Virus record (IMG/VR): IMGVR_UViG_3300033075_000927 | Coordinates: 14,404 to 78,403 of that record | DNA: 64,000 bases | Direction: 5' to 3' (one strand) | From: a virus | Taxonomy: Duplodnaviria > Caudoviricetes | Part shown: positions 1 to 9,237 of the stretch, piece by piece | Numbering within the stretch: the first letter of the stretch is position 1 | Layout: every line of letters begins with the position of its first letter | Made by a program: the position numbers and the translations under genes | The notes under the pieces: model-generated | Databases searched by the model: none | Told to the model about the DNA's origin: nothing | What the model saw: only the letters and a program-made list of their open reading frames with translations

Positions 1-8
1 AGCAAGCC

Positions 9-200
9 GTGACGTGGTGGTCGTTCCTCAAGTCGGCGCTCAAGGTGCAGGTGCAGGGCTACCCGCTCGACGAGACTGTCGTCTTCCTAGGGCCGCACAA
101 GTGGCCAGAGTGGTGGGCCGCCAACCGAAACGCAGCTCCGCTCACCGCCCGGCTGCATATCGACAACGTGATGGCACTTGGTGCCGTGAAGGAGGGGTGA
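9..200 (+). CDS. hypothetical protein (probably 5'-truncated by window edge)
   Basis: Open frame ending TGA directly before the ATG of the next gene, which has a GGAGG RBS. Confidence 0.5.
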   Translation: MTWWSFLKSALKVQVQGYPLDETVVFLGPHKWPEWWAANRNAAPLTARLHIDNVMALGAVKEG

Positions 201-201
201 G

Positions 202-456
202 ATGCTTGGAGCCAATCTGGCGATTGTGGCCGCCACACTGTGGTATATTTTGGTAAGCGTTGACGGCAGGTTGCTAGCATGGCTAGCAACCTGCCTGCTC
301 CTGCCGCTGCTGTTTGCCGTAGGGTGCCTGCTCTTGTTCTCGGTTCCTGTGTGTTGGCTAGCTAGAATGCTGGCCAAAGCTAGCCAGGCTTCTGTGGAAG
401 GTGTCTACACCCTGTTTGACTGGTTCATGGACACTGAAGACCGCCTCTACAAATGA
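202..456 (+). CDS. small membrane protein
   Basis: RBS aaggagg; 2-3 hydrophobic segments; ATGA overlap with the helicase. Confidence 0.6.
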   Translation: MLGANLAIVAATLWYILVSVDGRLLAWLATCLLLPLLFAVGCLLLFSVPVCWLARMLAKASQASVEGVYTLFDWFMDTEDRLYK

Positions 457-1844
457 AGTACGAAGCCATCAAGCCTCAATTTGAGCAGGCAGCTGGCTTC
501 GCTCCGACCGCCCTGCAGGTGTCGGATGCGGAGCTGCTGAGCCAGCTACCGGCCTCTGCCAACTTCTCTGACGTGGGCACTGGAAAGACGGTCATCAGCA
601 CCCTGACCAGCCTGCTGCGCGAGGTCGATGTGACCTTGGTGGTCGTCCCACCAATCCTGATTCCGCAGTGGACTTCTTGGCTACAGCAGGTGGGCCGGGG
701 CCCCGTCTGCCGCTTTGATGGCCCACCAGCCAAGAGGGCCAAGCTCAGGCCTCAAGAGGCGCGGTGGGTGGTGATGAGCCATGCCATCTACCGGGACAAC
801 CCAAGCAACTGGCTAAAACTTGGAATGGAGAGAGAACTTGAGCTGATAGTCGATGAAGCGCATGCACTTAAATCGACTAGAAGCGTGCTATTTAAGTCTG
901 TGCTGCGGCAGCCAAAAGCGGCCTTGCAGCTTCTGACTGCTACGCCAACTTCCGGCCCAATCGACGCCTACTCTTACATCAGGCTGAAGACACCGAACGT
1001 CTACAAGTCCTTGGGAGAGTTTGAGCTTAGGCACATTGAGACGAGAGACATTTTCCAGAAACCTACAGCATGGCGAGGCCTAGATGTTGTGGCCAAGCAC
1101 CTAGCCGTCCACACCGTGAAACGTACCAAGGAGGAGGTGTTCGGTTACGATCTGACACCAATCTTCCAGACGATGAATTACGACTTGGATACCGCCCACC
1201 AGAAGCTGTACAGGAAGCTGGTTGACGAGCAGTTTCTACTCCTGCCCGACGGCGAGAAGATTGATGCGACGACTGCTACACGGCTTTACCACGCTGTGCA
1301 GCAGATAGTCTGTAACTGGCACGAGTTCTCTGGGTCTCCGGGTGACCGATCAACCATCTACGACTTGGTGGACAATGTGGTGGAAGACAGCCGCTGCCTT
1401 GAGCACGACCGTAGCAAGCTGATCATATTCACTTACTACAAGCGCACCAGCCGCAACATGCTTGAGTACCTGAATACCAAGCACGGTGATGTAGCTGTAG
1501 GTGCCTACTCTGAAGTCGATAGTGCAAAGTCAGTTGCCAGATTCCTGAACGATCCGTCGTGCAGAATCCTAGTCGGACAACCTTCGTCATGCGGGGCTGG
1601 CTTAAACCCAGCCCACCTCTGCTCGGAAGTGTTGTTCGTTGAGGCTTCAACAATACCGATTCAGATGACACAGGCGATAGGGCGCGTTGATCGTATGGGG
1701 CAGAAGGTACGTCCAACTGTTAGGTTTGCACTAGCAAACGGAACTGTGCAGCGCAAGTTGTTCGGGCAGTTGGCAACCAACTCAGACCTCGTCGCAACCG
1801 TGGAAAACAAAAAATCGCTCCGAGATGTTTTGCTCGGCCTTTGA
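453..1844 (+). CDS. SNF2/SF2-family helicase
   Basis: Motif I SDVGTGKT, motif II DEAH, motif III TATP, motif VI QAIGRVDRMGQ. Confidence 0.9.
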   Translation: MKYEAIKPQFEQAAGFAPTALQVSDAELLSQLPASANFSDVGTGKTVISTLTSLLREVDVTLVVVPPILIPQWTSWLQQVGRGPVCRFDGPPAKRAKLRPQEARWVVMSHAIYRDNPSNWLKLGMERELELIVDEAHALKSTRSVLFKSVLRQPKAALQLLTATPTSGPIDAYSYIRLKTPNVYKSLGEFELRHIETRDIFQKPTAWRGLDVVAKHLAVHTVKRTKEEVFGYDLTPIFQTMNYDLDTAHQKLYRKLVDEQFLLLPDGEKIDATTATRLYHAVQQIVCNWHEFSGSPGDRSTIYDLVDNVVEDSRCLEHDRSKLIIFTYYKRTSRNMLEYLNTKHGDVAVGAYSEVDSAKSVARFLNDPSCRILVGQPSSCGAGLNPAHLCSEVLFVEASTIPIQMTQAIGRVDRMGQKVRPTVRFALANGTVQRKLFGQLATNSDLVATVENKKSLRDVLLGL

Positions 1845-1892
1845 CCATTTACAATCCGCCCGCCACCCCGGCGAGCCAACTCACTCAACCTC

Positions 1893-2417
1893 ATGCACCA
1901 TCAATTCCAGACCCCGTCACGGGGCGCGACCCAGACAGACCACCTTGCCCTTGAACGCCAGTTCAGCAACACGGCAGCAGAACACCTCCCAGACGACCAC
2001 CTCCGCGAATTCCACAGCGGCCACTACACGGTCAAGGTGAGCCTCTGCCCCAAGAAGAAGCTGTACCTGTTCCAGGCGTCTGCCGGGCGGCCCACCAATT
2101 TGCAGGTCATCCAGCTGCTGGACACCGACTTCACGTTGGACGAGGGCTTCAGCCTTGAAGTCGGCGGCTTCCCTGCCCCAGAAACCACTCGCCTGTTCGA
2201 CCACTCGCCGCGCCGTCTGGCTCCAGGTGTCTTCATGTGGCTGCCGCGCTTCACGATGGTAGAGCGGTACATCTACCAGGGCATGCCGAAGTCGCGCGTC
2301 GGTGTTGTGATCCGTTCCACGCACAGTCCAGAACGGCAGCTGGTGGACGGTAAGTGGTACCTAGTTGACGCGCGAAGACTTGACCTTATTGATCCGACTC
2401 TGACACAACGCTACTGA
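1893..2417 (+). CDS. hypothetical protein
   Basis: 174-aa ORF with high-GC3 coding style between helicase and primase; TACAAT -10 at about 1849-1854. Confidence 0.7.
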   Translation: MHHQFQTPSRGATQTDHLALERQFSNTAAEHLPDDHLREFHSGHYTVKVSLCPKKKLYLFQASAGRPTNLQVIQLLDTDFTLDEGFSLEVGGFPAPETTRLFDHSPRRLAPGVFMWLPRFTMVERYIYQGMPKSRVGVVIRSTHSPERQLVDGKWYLVDARRLDLIDPTLTQRY

Positions 2418-2427
2418 GGCTCTGCAC

Positions 2428-5346
2428 ATGAAAGTCCCACTCTTCAGGTATTACCAAAAAACCGGCGGCCAAGAGCCTTGGACTCCTGTTCGGTACACAG
2501 AAGACCTTTCAGCTATCAAGCCCACTTTCGTGACGATCCTCGGACTTGACACCCTCATGGACTCTGACCCAACACAGGAGCAGAAGGATCGCATCAGGTA
2601 CTATGGCCCGCTGTACTTCGACATTGACGCGAAGTCTCTGACAGATTCAATCGAGTCTGCTAACGAGCTGTACAGCAAACTAATAGCTGCTGGGCTTACC
2701 GAGCACGACATTGAAATCTACTGCTCCGGCAAGAAGGGTTTCCATCTGCTGGTACCGCCAGAGTGCTTCATGGAGAAGCCGGACGAGCCAGTGGCCCGCC
2801 TGCCCGCGATCTACAAGGAGCTGGCCTTCAAGTTCGCCGTGCGAGACCTGGACTTCCGGGTCTACACCGCCCAGCGCGGTCGCATGCTGCGCACCGTCTA
2901 CAACCAGCGAGAGAATGGCCTCTACAAGGTGGCCATCTCTGCTGACCAGCTGAGAGGGATGACCGAGGAGTCCTACGTCGAGTTGGCTGCCGTGCCCACA
3001 GGCCCGGCCACCATTCGACCAGGGTTCAGCGGTAAATTCTCGCTGGCTTACACCGCTGCCGTGCAGAAGGTCACCAACTGGAAGCCGCGCAAGGCCAAGC
3101 CTCCGTCTGCCGAGGTGCTCAAGCGTGACCTTGGGGTCGTCAACCGCATCCTGCGCAACGAGTGCAAGGGCGGATTCAATCGGATCGCCATTCAGTTGGC
3201 TGTCTATGCCAGAGAGGTCGGCTGGACGGAAGATCAACTCGTCAACTCGGCCAAGGAGCTGATCCAGAAGCACGAGAGCGACAGCAGCCGCTATGCCTCT
3301 CCGTCCAAACGGGCAGCCGAGTTGCGGCGCATGTGCCAGTACGTGGAGGACAACCAGGGCTATTCCTACAGCAGCGCCCACCTGTCGAAGCTGCTCACGA
3401 GCAGGGAGCAGCTTGTGGCCGCCCCGGCTGACGCCGCCAGTGAGGAGCCTGGCGAGGAGGTCGAAGGAGAGGCCGCCGAGGCCGCTCCAGACCTCAAGGT
3501 GCCTGACAACCGCACCACCTCACAGCACCAAGGTATCCAGGTCTCGCTGGAGGGCATCTTCTCCGACAACGGCAGCGACCTGCGCCAGCTAAGCAATGCG
3601 TCCTTGGGGAACCTGTCCGTCTCGCATGTGATCAACGGCGAGGTGTCAGCCATCCGGGCCGACGTTTACGTGGACAGCGAGCTGACTGCCTCCGGTGTCA
3701 GCTTCCCTACCGACAGTTTCACCAGCAGCGCTGGGCTGCACCGGGAGCTGGTTCGCTTCGGGTCCGGCTTCTGGGGCACCGACATGGATGCCCGTGGCGT
3801 GCTCGCCGCGCTGCAGAATGCTGGAGCCCCGGTCAAGACAGAGCTGCTGCACTGCGGCTTGGACTTGGTCAAGCTGCCCAACAGCCAGCACGCACCCTTG
3901 CAAGAAGGTGTGCTGGTCTGGGCCGGCAAGGGTGGGTGCGTGGCCCAGGCCTGGGCAGCCAAGCTGGCCGACTTCTCATTCAGCGAGGACGCATCCCACC
4001 AGGGTGTGCCCGACTTGCTGGATGCCCCCCACCCTCGCGAGCTTCTGACCACTTCAGACCAGAAACGTCGGCTGGTGGAGACCTGGCGTGCGCTGTGGGA
4101 GTCGAACGACAAGCAGACCATCGGGCAGGTCTATGGTTGGATGGCTGCATGCTTCTGGCGCTCGCTGATCCATGCAGCCACCGACCAGTACCCGCTGCTG
4201 CACGTCGCCGGGGCCGCAGGTTACGGCAAGACGCAGAACATCCGGCTGGCTGCCAGCATGCACACCTACCGAGTGCGCCTGCCAGAGGCCACGCCGAACT
4301 CCACCCCGTTCGCACTTGGACAACTGCTGTCGTGCTACACCTCGGCCCCGGTACTGCTTGACGAGTACAAGCCTCACCGCATGTCGGAGACACGGCTGGA
4401 GGGGTTCCGCAGCTTGCTGCGGGATGCCTACAACGGCAAGGCTTCTCTGCGCGGCGGTGGCGCGGGGGCAGGTGCTGGCCAGCGCAACCAGGGCTGGCGC
4501 AACCTGTCGGCCACCTACATCAAGGCCCCAGTGATCTTCATCGCAGAGGCGTTGGAGACTGAGACCGCAATCTTGGAGCGCTCGGTGCCTGTCACGTTCA
4601 CTCGCCGCCGTGGGCGCGGAGACACGTTCTCCAAGTTCACCAAGGTGCAAGAGAACAAGGACATTCTGGCTTCCTTGGGTCGGGCGCTGGTTGAGGACAT
4701 CTTGGCCACCGCCTCCGTCTCGGAGGTGTCAGCTGAGATGGCCAAGATCACCGCCGAGATGTCTGCCGAGCTGCGCCAGCCCCAGGATAGTGACAGCGCG
4801 GAGCTGGCGCGGGCCAGGCGCAACATCACCGAGCGCCCGTTGCACAACACCGCAGTCACAATCTTCGGCCTCGGCAAGTTGCATGCCAAGGTCTTGGAGA
4901 TCCTGGCCGAGGCCGGTAGCGAGTTTGCAGCCGAGGCAGCCGAATTCCAGGAGCTGCACGATCAGGCGGTGGAGGCGATGAAGGCAGCCCTGCTGGAAGC
5001 GTCGGCCACGGCCATGCCAGAGATGATCAAGTTCCTGATCGACGTGGCGGAAATTGCCAAGGGTGGCGAGCTGCTGCGGGCAGAGAGCGCATGCCTGGTG
5101 GAGCACAGGGGCGAGCTGTTCCTGCAGGTCGTCCCCCGGCAGGTGTTCAACGGTTACAGGCGCTGGGTTAAGAGTTGCGGGGCTCAGGCGTATTACGCAA
5201 CCCCGGAATCAGTGATCCACGCCCTGAGAAACTTTGATGGCTACCGTGCGGCGCTATCAGACTCAGAGCGTACCCTGCTTGAGTGGTCTACGCTGCAGGA
5301 CTACGGAATGACCTCTTGGCACACAAGAGCTGTGCCTTATAGATAA
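2428..5346 (+). CDS. primase-helicase (AEP/PrimPol-like N-terminus, P-loop helicase C-terminus)
   Basis: AEP motifs YFDID and SGKKGFH; Walker A GAAGYGKT; Walker B VLLDE. Confidence 0.85.
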   Translation: MKVPLFRYYQKTGGQEPWTPVRYTEDLSAIKPTFVTILGLDTLMDSDPTQEQKDRIRYYGPLYFDIDAKSLTDSIESANELYSKLIAAGLTEHDIEIYCSGKKGFHLLVPPECFMEKPDEPVARLPAIYKELAFKFAVRDLDFRVYTAQRGRMLRTVYNQRENGLYKVAISADQLRGMTEESYVELAAVPTGPATIRPGFSGKFSLAYTAAVQKVTNWKPRKAKPPSAEVLKRDLGVVNRILRNECKGGFNRIAIQLAVYAREVGWTEDQLVNSAKELIQKHESDSSRYASPSKRAAELRRMCQYVEDNQGYSYSSAHLSKLLTSREQLVAAPADAASEEPGEEVEGEAAEAAPDLKVPDNRTTSQHQGIQVSLEGIFSDNGSDLRQLSNASLGNLSVSHVINGEVSAIRADVYVDSELTASGVSFPTDSFTSSAGLHRELVRFGSGFWGTDMDARGVLAALQNAGAPVKTELLHCGLDLVKLPNSQHAPLQEGVLVWAGKGGCVAQAWAAKLADFSFSEDASHQGVPDLLDAPHPRELLTTSDQKRRLVETWRALWESNDKQTIGQVYGWMAACFWRSLIHAATDQYPLLHVAGAAGYGKTQNIRLAASMHTYRVRLPEATPNSTPFALGQLLSCYTSAPVLLDEYKPHRMSETRLEGFRSLLRDAYNGKASLRGGGAGAGAGQRNQGWRNLSATYIKAPVIFIAEALETETAILERSVPVTFTRRRGRGDTFSKFTKVQENKDILASLGRALVEDILATASVSEVSAEMAKITAEMSAELRQPQDSDSAELARARRNITERPLHNTAVTIFGLGKLHAKVLEILAEAGSEFAAEAAEFQELHDQAVEAMKAALLEASATAMPEMIKFLIDVAEIAKGGELLRAESACLVEHRGELFLQVVPRQVFNGYRRWVKSCGAQAYYATPESVIHALRNFDGYRAALSDSERTLLEWSTLQDYGMTSWHTRAVPYR

Positions 5347-5353
5347 AGTCTGC

Positions 5354-5379
5354 TGTACCACCTAAAACGGTGGTACAAT
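5354..5379 (+). promoter_or_regulatory. extended -10 promoter (TGGTACAAT) overlapped by a 9-bp inverted repeat
   Basis: TGTACCACC-taaaac-GGTGGTACA; the same CGGTGGTACAAT occurs at 60091-60102. Confidence 0.5.
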
Positions 5380-5447
5380 ACCAAAACCCCGCAAGTGGTT
5401 ACTTGCTGACAAGTCGGAAAGAACGGCTAACACTGAAAGCTAAAATC

Positions 5448-6149
5448 ATGCTGAAACCCGCAAATACTGCTACCGCAAATACTGCTACCACATCCGCAAC
5501 TTTTGAAGACCAGGACGACGTTGCCGTTGCCGCACCTGCTGCCACCACAGCTGTCGCAGTGGCCAAGCCCCTGGCCCCCTCCGCTGCTGCTCAGTTCAGC
5601 TCGGCAACTGACGTGATCAGCTCGCTGAAGAACGCAATGCCTGTCACATTCGACATGTTGATTCCTCTGATCGCAACCAACGGCAACGTCTGCAAACGCT
5701 CTGACAAGAAGCCTGTCGGTGATCAAGTTACCTTTGAGCTGATGTCTTGGCAGGATAGCTACACCCTCACACCTGGGGATGATCGCGCTCCAAAAGACCT
5801 CATACGCTACAGCGATGACGGCGTTGTATGCAGCGACGGCACCTTGGTGTCAGATCACCTGGCCTACCTGCGCAGCCTCGGTTTCGCCAAGGCTGCGCTC
5901 AAGCAGCGTGCAGTGGTTGTTGGCTCCATCATCTCCTGCTCACGCACCTCGGAACTGGACGACGAACTGGTTCAATTTGACTTGTCCCCCCAGAGCCGAG
6001 CCTCATTCCTGAACTACGCCCTGGGCTGCGTCAACAAGATCCGTCTGGGCAAGTTGACCTCCGAGCAGGTGACCAAGATCAAGGCTACGGCTGAAGTGGT
6101 AAGCATGGGCGGTAACCCATTCACCAAACTCATGTTCAGCGCCGCCTAA
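5448..6149 (+). CDS. putative ssDNA-binding/recombination protein
   Basis: Start reassigned to ATG 5448; Ala/Thr-rich N-tail followed by a beta-rich domain; function inferred only from position in the replication module. Confidence 0.5.
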   Translation: MLKPANTATANTATTSATFEDQDDVAVAAPAATTAVAVAKPLAPSAAAQFSSATDVISSLKNAMPVTFDMLIPLIATNGNVCKRSDKKPVGDQVTFELMSWQDSYTLTPGDDRAPKDLIRYSDDGVVCSDGTLVSDHLAYLRSLGFAKAALKQRAVVVGSIISCSRTSELDDELVQFDLSPQSRASFLNYALGCVNKIRLGKLTSEQVTKIKATAEVVSMGGNPFTKLMFSAA

Positions 6150-6170
6150 CCTAGGCGCATGACGCAACCA

Positions 6171-6204
6171 AGCCCACAGCGCAGCAATGCCCTGTGGGCT
6201 TTTT
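6171..6204 (+). terminator. intrinsic terminator
   Basis: AGCCCACAG...CTGTGGGCT followed by TTTT. Confidence 0.75.
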
Positions 6205-6213
6205 AAGGTCTAT

Positions 6214-6849
6214 ATGTACACAATCCTGGACACTGAAACAGCGTCACTGCAATCTGGCGTAGTAGAGCTTGCTCTGCTCCACATCGACCACGAACTCAAC
6301 GTGCTCGGTGAATTCCACACCAAGGTCAATCCTGAGCGTCCCATTGAGCCCGGTGCATTCGCAGTACACGGCATCTCAGATGCAGACGTAGCAGATGCCC
6401 CTACGCTGGCCCAAATCGCTGAACTGGGGGCGGTGACTCACGCCATTGCCCACAACTTGCCATTCGACAGCCGCATGCTGAAGGGCCACCTAAATGCGGA
6501 AGCTGGCCTTTGCACCTTGGCGCTGTCGCGCCAGTACCTGAAAGGCACTGCCAACCACAAGCTGGAAAACCTGAAACGCGAACTTGGGCTGCCTGACCAG
6601 AAATCTCACAGCGCCCTGGGCGACGTGTACACGACCCTGGACTTGCTGCGGCACCTGCTGCCGCTAGCAGGTGTGCCCCTTGATACCCTGTTCAAGAGGG
6701 CGGCTCAGCCGAAGCTGATACATCGAATGACATTCGGCAAGCACAAGGGCTTGCTGATCTCGCAGGTTCCCGCAGATTACCGATCCTGGCTTCTGGGCCA
6801 AGAAAACCTCGACAAAGATCTAAGATACACATTGGAGAGATTGAAATGA
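6214..6849 (+). CDS. DnaQ-like 3'-5' exonuclease (ExoX-like, DUF3820-like C-terminus)
   Basis: ExoI LDTET, ExoII AHNLPFD, ExoIII HSALGD; C-terminal FGKHKG...VPADY..WLL. Confidence 0.9.
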   Translation: MYTILDTETASLQSGVVELALLHIDHELNVLGEFHTKVNPERPIEPGAFAVHGISDADVADAPTLAQIAELGAVTHAIAHNLPFDSRMLKGHLNAEAGLCTLALSRQYLKGTANHKLENLKRELGLPDQKSHSALGDVYTTLDLLRHLLPLAGVPLDTLFKRAAQPKLIHRMTFGKHKGLLISQVPADYRSWLLGQENLDKDLRYTLERLK

Positions 6850-7172
6850 GCAACTTCGTGCTAATCACGTTGAGCGATAGCGATTACGCCAGACCTCTAC
6901 GAGAGGCGGCGCAGTACATGGCTCGCATTCTTCCTAGTGCTAGGGTGAGTAAAGACTCTATCGTTGTCGCCACTATCTCACAGTACCTCAAACACAGGCT
7001 GGTAGACGAGCGATATATAGACGCCAGTTACGTGCCAAAGGACGTAGCTAAGTTGTCCCGGCATCTGCTGGATTGCGTTACAGTTACAGAGCACAAGGCT
7101 ATGACTTGGCTCACAAACCACGACGTACAGGTTGTAATTGACCTGCACACCAAACACGTTCACTACCAGTAA
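6846..7172 (+). CDS. hypothetical protein
   Basis: ATGA-coupled ORF, 108 aa. Confidence 0.65.
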   Translation: MSNFVLITLSDSDYARPLREAAQYMARILPSARVSKDSIVVATISQYLKHRLVDERYIDASYVPKDVAKLSRHLLDCVTVTEHKAMTWLTNHDVQVVIDLHTKHVHYQ

Positions 7173-7181
7173 GGAGCTGAA

Positions 7182-7616
7182 ATGAGCAACGTATTTGAAA
7201 CAATCAAAGACTTCAACAAGTTCTACGGGCTGCCCTGTCCTGACGTACCAACACTCAGCGCAGTGCGCGACCCTGATGGGCGCATTCACGGCTTCATCAA
7301 GACGGTGGAGAAGGAGCTGTCCGAGGGCTTCGACATTCTGGAAAAGTACGAGGCAGGCTGCTCAGCCCTTGAGATGCTGACTGATTTGGCCGACTGGTAC
7401 GGGGATTTGGTCGTGTATGCACTCAGCGAAGCTGCTAAGTGGGGTATCCCTAGCGAGAGGGTGCTTCAGGCTATCATGGAGTCCAACTTCAGCAAAAAGC
7501 AGGCTGACGGCTCCACACTGAAGGATACCAACGGCAAGGTAGTCAAGGGTCCGAACTTTCAGCCGCCAGAGCCTGCTATTTGCCGGGCAATTATTGATGC
7601 GGGGTACAAGCCATGA
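7182..7616 (+). CDS. MazG-like / PRA-PH-like NTP pyrophosphohydrolase
   Basis: EKELSE...LTDLADWYGDLVVY...MESNFSK...GKVVKGPNFQPP pattern. Confidence 0.85.
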   Translation: MSNVFETIKDFNKFYGLPCPDVPTLSAVRDPDGRIHGFIKTVEKELSEGFDILEKYEAGCSALEMLTDLADWYGDLVVYALSEAAKWGIPSERVLQAIMESNFSKKQADGSTLKDTNGKVVKGPNFQPPEPAICRAIIDAGYKP

Positions 7617-8323
7617 GCAGGCTTGATAGACCTACTAAGCCTGCCAAGGGTTCACCAATCTGCGACGTTGACGGCACGCCAAGGTCATACGGCCCTATCT
7701 CGTCGAGCGTCGTTGACCCCGACCTCGGAAAATGGTCTGAGTGGTTTTGCCTACCTGAAACAGGTGCCCTCTTCTGCACCGACATGTACGAAGTTGAAAT
7801 CTGCGGCAACGACCGCGTTCTGCGCCCACTGACCAAGGACGGTGGCTGGTGGAAGCCACACCCTGACGCAACTCTCTGGAGGTGCCGCTTCCGGTGGCCC
7901 CGTGTCAAAGCCCCTCCCGTCCCGCCAGAAGATCGCGGATGGTCGAATTGGTACAGAGTCGTGTCATCTGGCACGCAGTTCGACCTTGAAAAGTTTGAGG
8001 TGCAGTTCTGTGACCCGGCAGGCAACTTCCAGCCGACAGCCGAAACCTCTACCGCTTGGCGGTGCCGGCCTCGCTCCAACTATGCTGGCAAACCAGAATT
8101 CAAGACCAAGCAGCACGGCTCGGTGGCAGTGACCACCTCCAGCGGCCAGCAGTGGCAGAGGCTTGACACCTGCCCACGAGGCAGCAAGGTGCAGCTGATG
8201 TTCCGCTTCGGCTTGCCTCGCTACGAGGTCTACACAGGCCAGCCAGATGCACTGGCCTGGGCACCGATGCCCGACAGCCCGGAGTGGCTGAAAGACGAAT
8301 TGTCAAACCAGAACAGGAGCTGA
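7613..8323 (+). CDS. hypothetical Trp-rich protein with internal repeat and DUF551-like C-terminus
   Basis: Two GxWSxW...(Y/F)EV(E/Q)xC...WRCR units; C-terminal WQRLDTCP...AWAPMPDSP. Confidence 0.65.
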   Translation: MSRLDRPTKPAKGSPICDVDGTPRSYGPISSSVVDPDLGKWSEWFCLPETGALFCTDMYEVEICGNDRVLRPLTKDGGWWKPHPDATLWRCRFRWPRVKAPPVPPEDRGWSNWYRVVSSGTQFDLEKFEVQFCDPAGNFQPTAETSTAWRCRPRSNYAGKPEFKTKQHGSVAVTTSSGQQWQRLDTCPRGSKVQLMFRFGLPRYEVYTGQPDALAWAPMPDSPEWLKDELSNQNRS

Positions 8324-8325
8324 AG

Positions 8326-8703
8326 ATGCCAAGAAGTGATTCGCCCGTTCCACCCAGACCGGGCCGCCCAAAGCCTCCAAGGTATCCAGATGGTCAGAGG
8401 CTGCAGTCAGAAGGCAAAAAGTTTGACTCTGGCAAGCCTCGCTGGAGCTTGCTGCCTCGTGGCACGCTGCTCAAGGTCATCCAAGTGTTGGAGGCCGGGG
8501 CCGTCAAATACGACGTGGATAACTGGAAGAGCGTACCGGACGCTCGCACCAGGTACTACGACGCCATGAACCGTCACATCGAGGCTTGGTGGGGCGGCGA
8601 GAAGCAGGACCCTGAGACGGGCATCCACCACCTGGCGCACGCAACCTGCTGCGCTTTGTTTCTGATCTGGCTTGATGAGCCGGTTGACGGGCCTGCACAG
8701 TGA
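8326..8703 (+). CDS. dATP/dGTP diphosphohydrolase (DUF5664)
   Basis: GKKFDSGKPRWSLLP...GAVKYDVDNW...YYDAMNRH..AWWGGEKQDPETGIHHLAHA. Confidence 0.9.
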   Translation: MPRSDSPVPPRPGRPKPPRYPDGQRLQSEGKKFDSGKPRWSLLPRGTLLKVIQVLEAGAVKYDVDNWKSVPDARTRYYDAMNRHIEAWWGGEKQDPETGIHHLAHATCCALFLIWLDEPVDGPAQ

Positions 8704-8942
8704 CCCGCCGCCCTGTCTTCAGCCGGTCGGCTCTGCCGACCAGGCCTATGGGGCTGCGCGACATGCTGCTTTGGTGGCTGGTCGCTGAAAAGACGGGCAT
8801 CGGCTTGTGGCTCACGGCTGCAATCGGTGCTCTGATGTTTCTCAGGTTCGTTGGTGAACTGGCCTCACTAGGTCAAGAAGACCAATGCCTGACACTTGTA
8901 GCAAGGAGTAAAGATGAAGCCAATAGCCAGAATAGTAACTAG
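8700..8942 (+). CDS. small membrane protein
   Basis: GTGA overlap with the upstream gene; hydrophobic segment. Confidence 0.45.
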   Translation: MTRRPVFSRSALPTRPMGLRDMLLWWLVAEKTGIGLWLTAAIGALMFLRFVGELASLGQEDQCLTLVARSKDEANSQNSN

Positions 8943-9237
8943 GATGCAAGGGGCAGGTGACGGGCTTATGCTCGGCAGTACGTTTCCTGGTCAGGACTTC
9001 TTCAAACCGAACACCGTCTACGAAGTGGAGAGATTCTGCGGCGTAGTGACTATCCGAGAAGTCGGCAAGGCCTGCGGATTCGAGAAAGGTGACGACCCTG
9101 ACGACAGGCACAGCTTCCTGAAGAGGCTCTTCAACTGGGCCGAGGAGATACAGGTGCTGCTCGTTGCCCGTGGCTCGAAGTTGTTTATGACGCGGGAAGA
9201 ATTTGATAGAGTACATGAAACTGTGAGGTACGATTGA
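8914..9237 (+). CDS. hypothetical protein
   Basis: RBS aaggag; overlaps the polA start. Confidence 0.7.
   Translation: MKPIARIVTRMQGAGDGLMLGSTFPGQDFFKPNTVYEVERFCGVVTIREVGKACGFEKGDDPDDRHSFLKRLFNWAEEIQVLLVARGSKLFMTREEFDRVHETVRYD

Noticed and set aside
8326-8703. Z-genome (2-aminoadenine) or 7-deazaguanine phage call
   Set aside because: No purZ, HD-type datZ, que or dpdA genes are recognisable; DUF5664 alone is insufficient.
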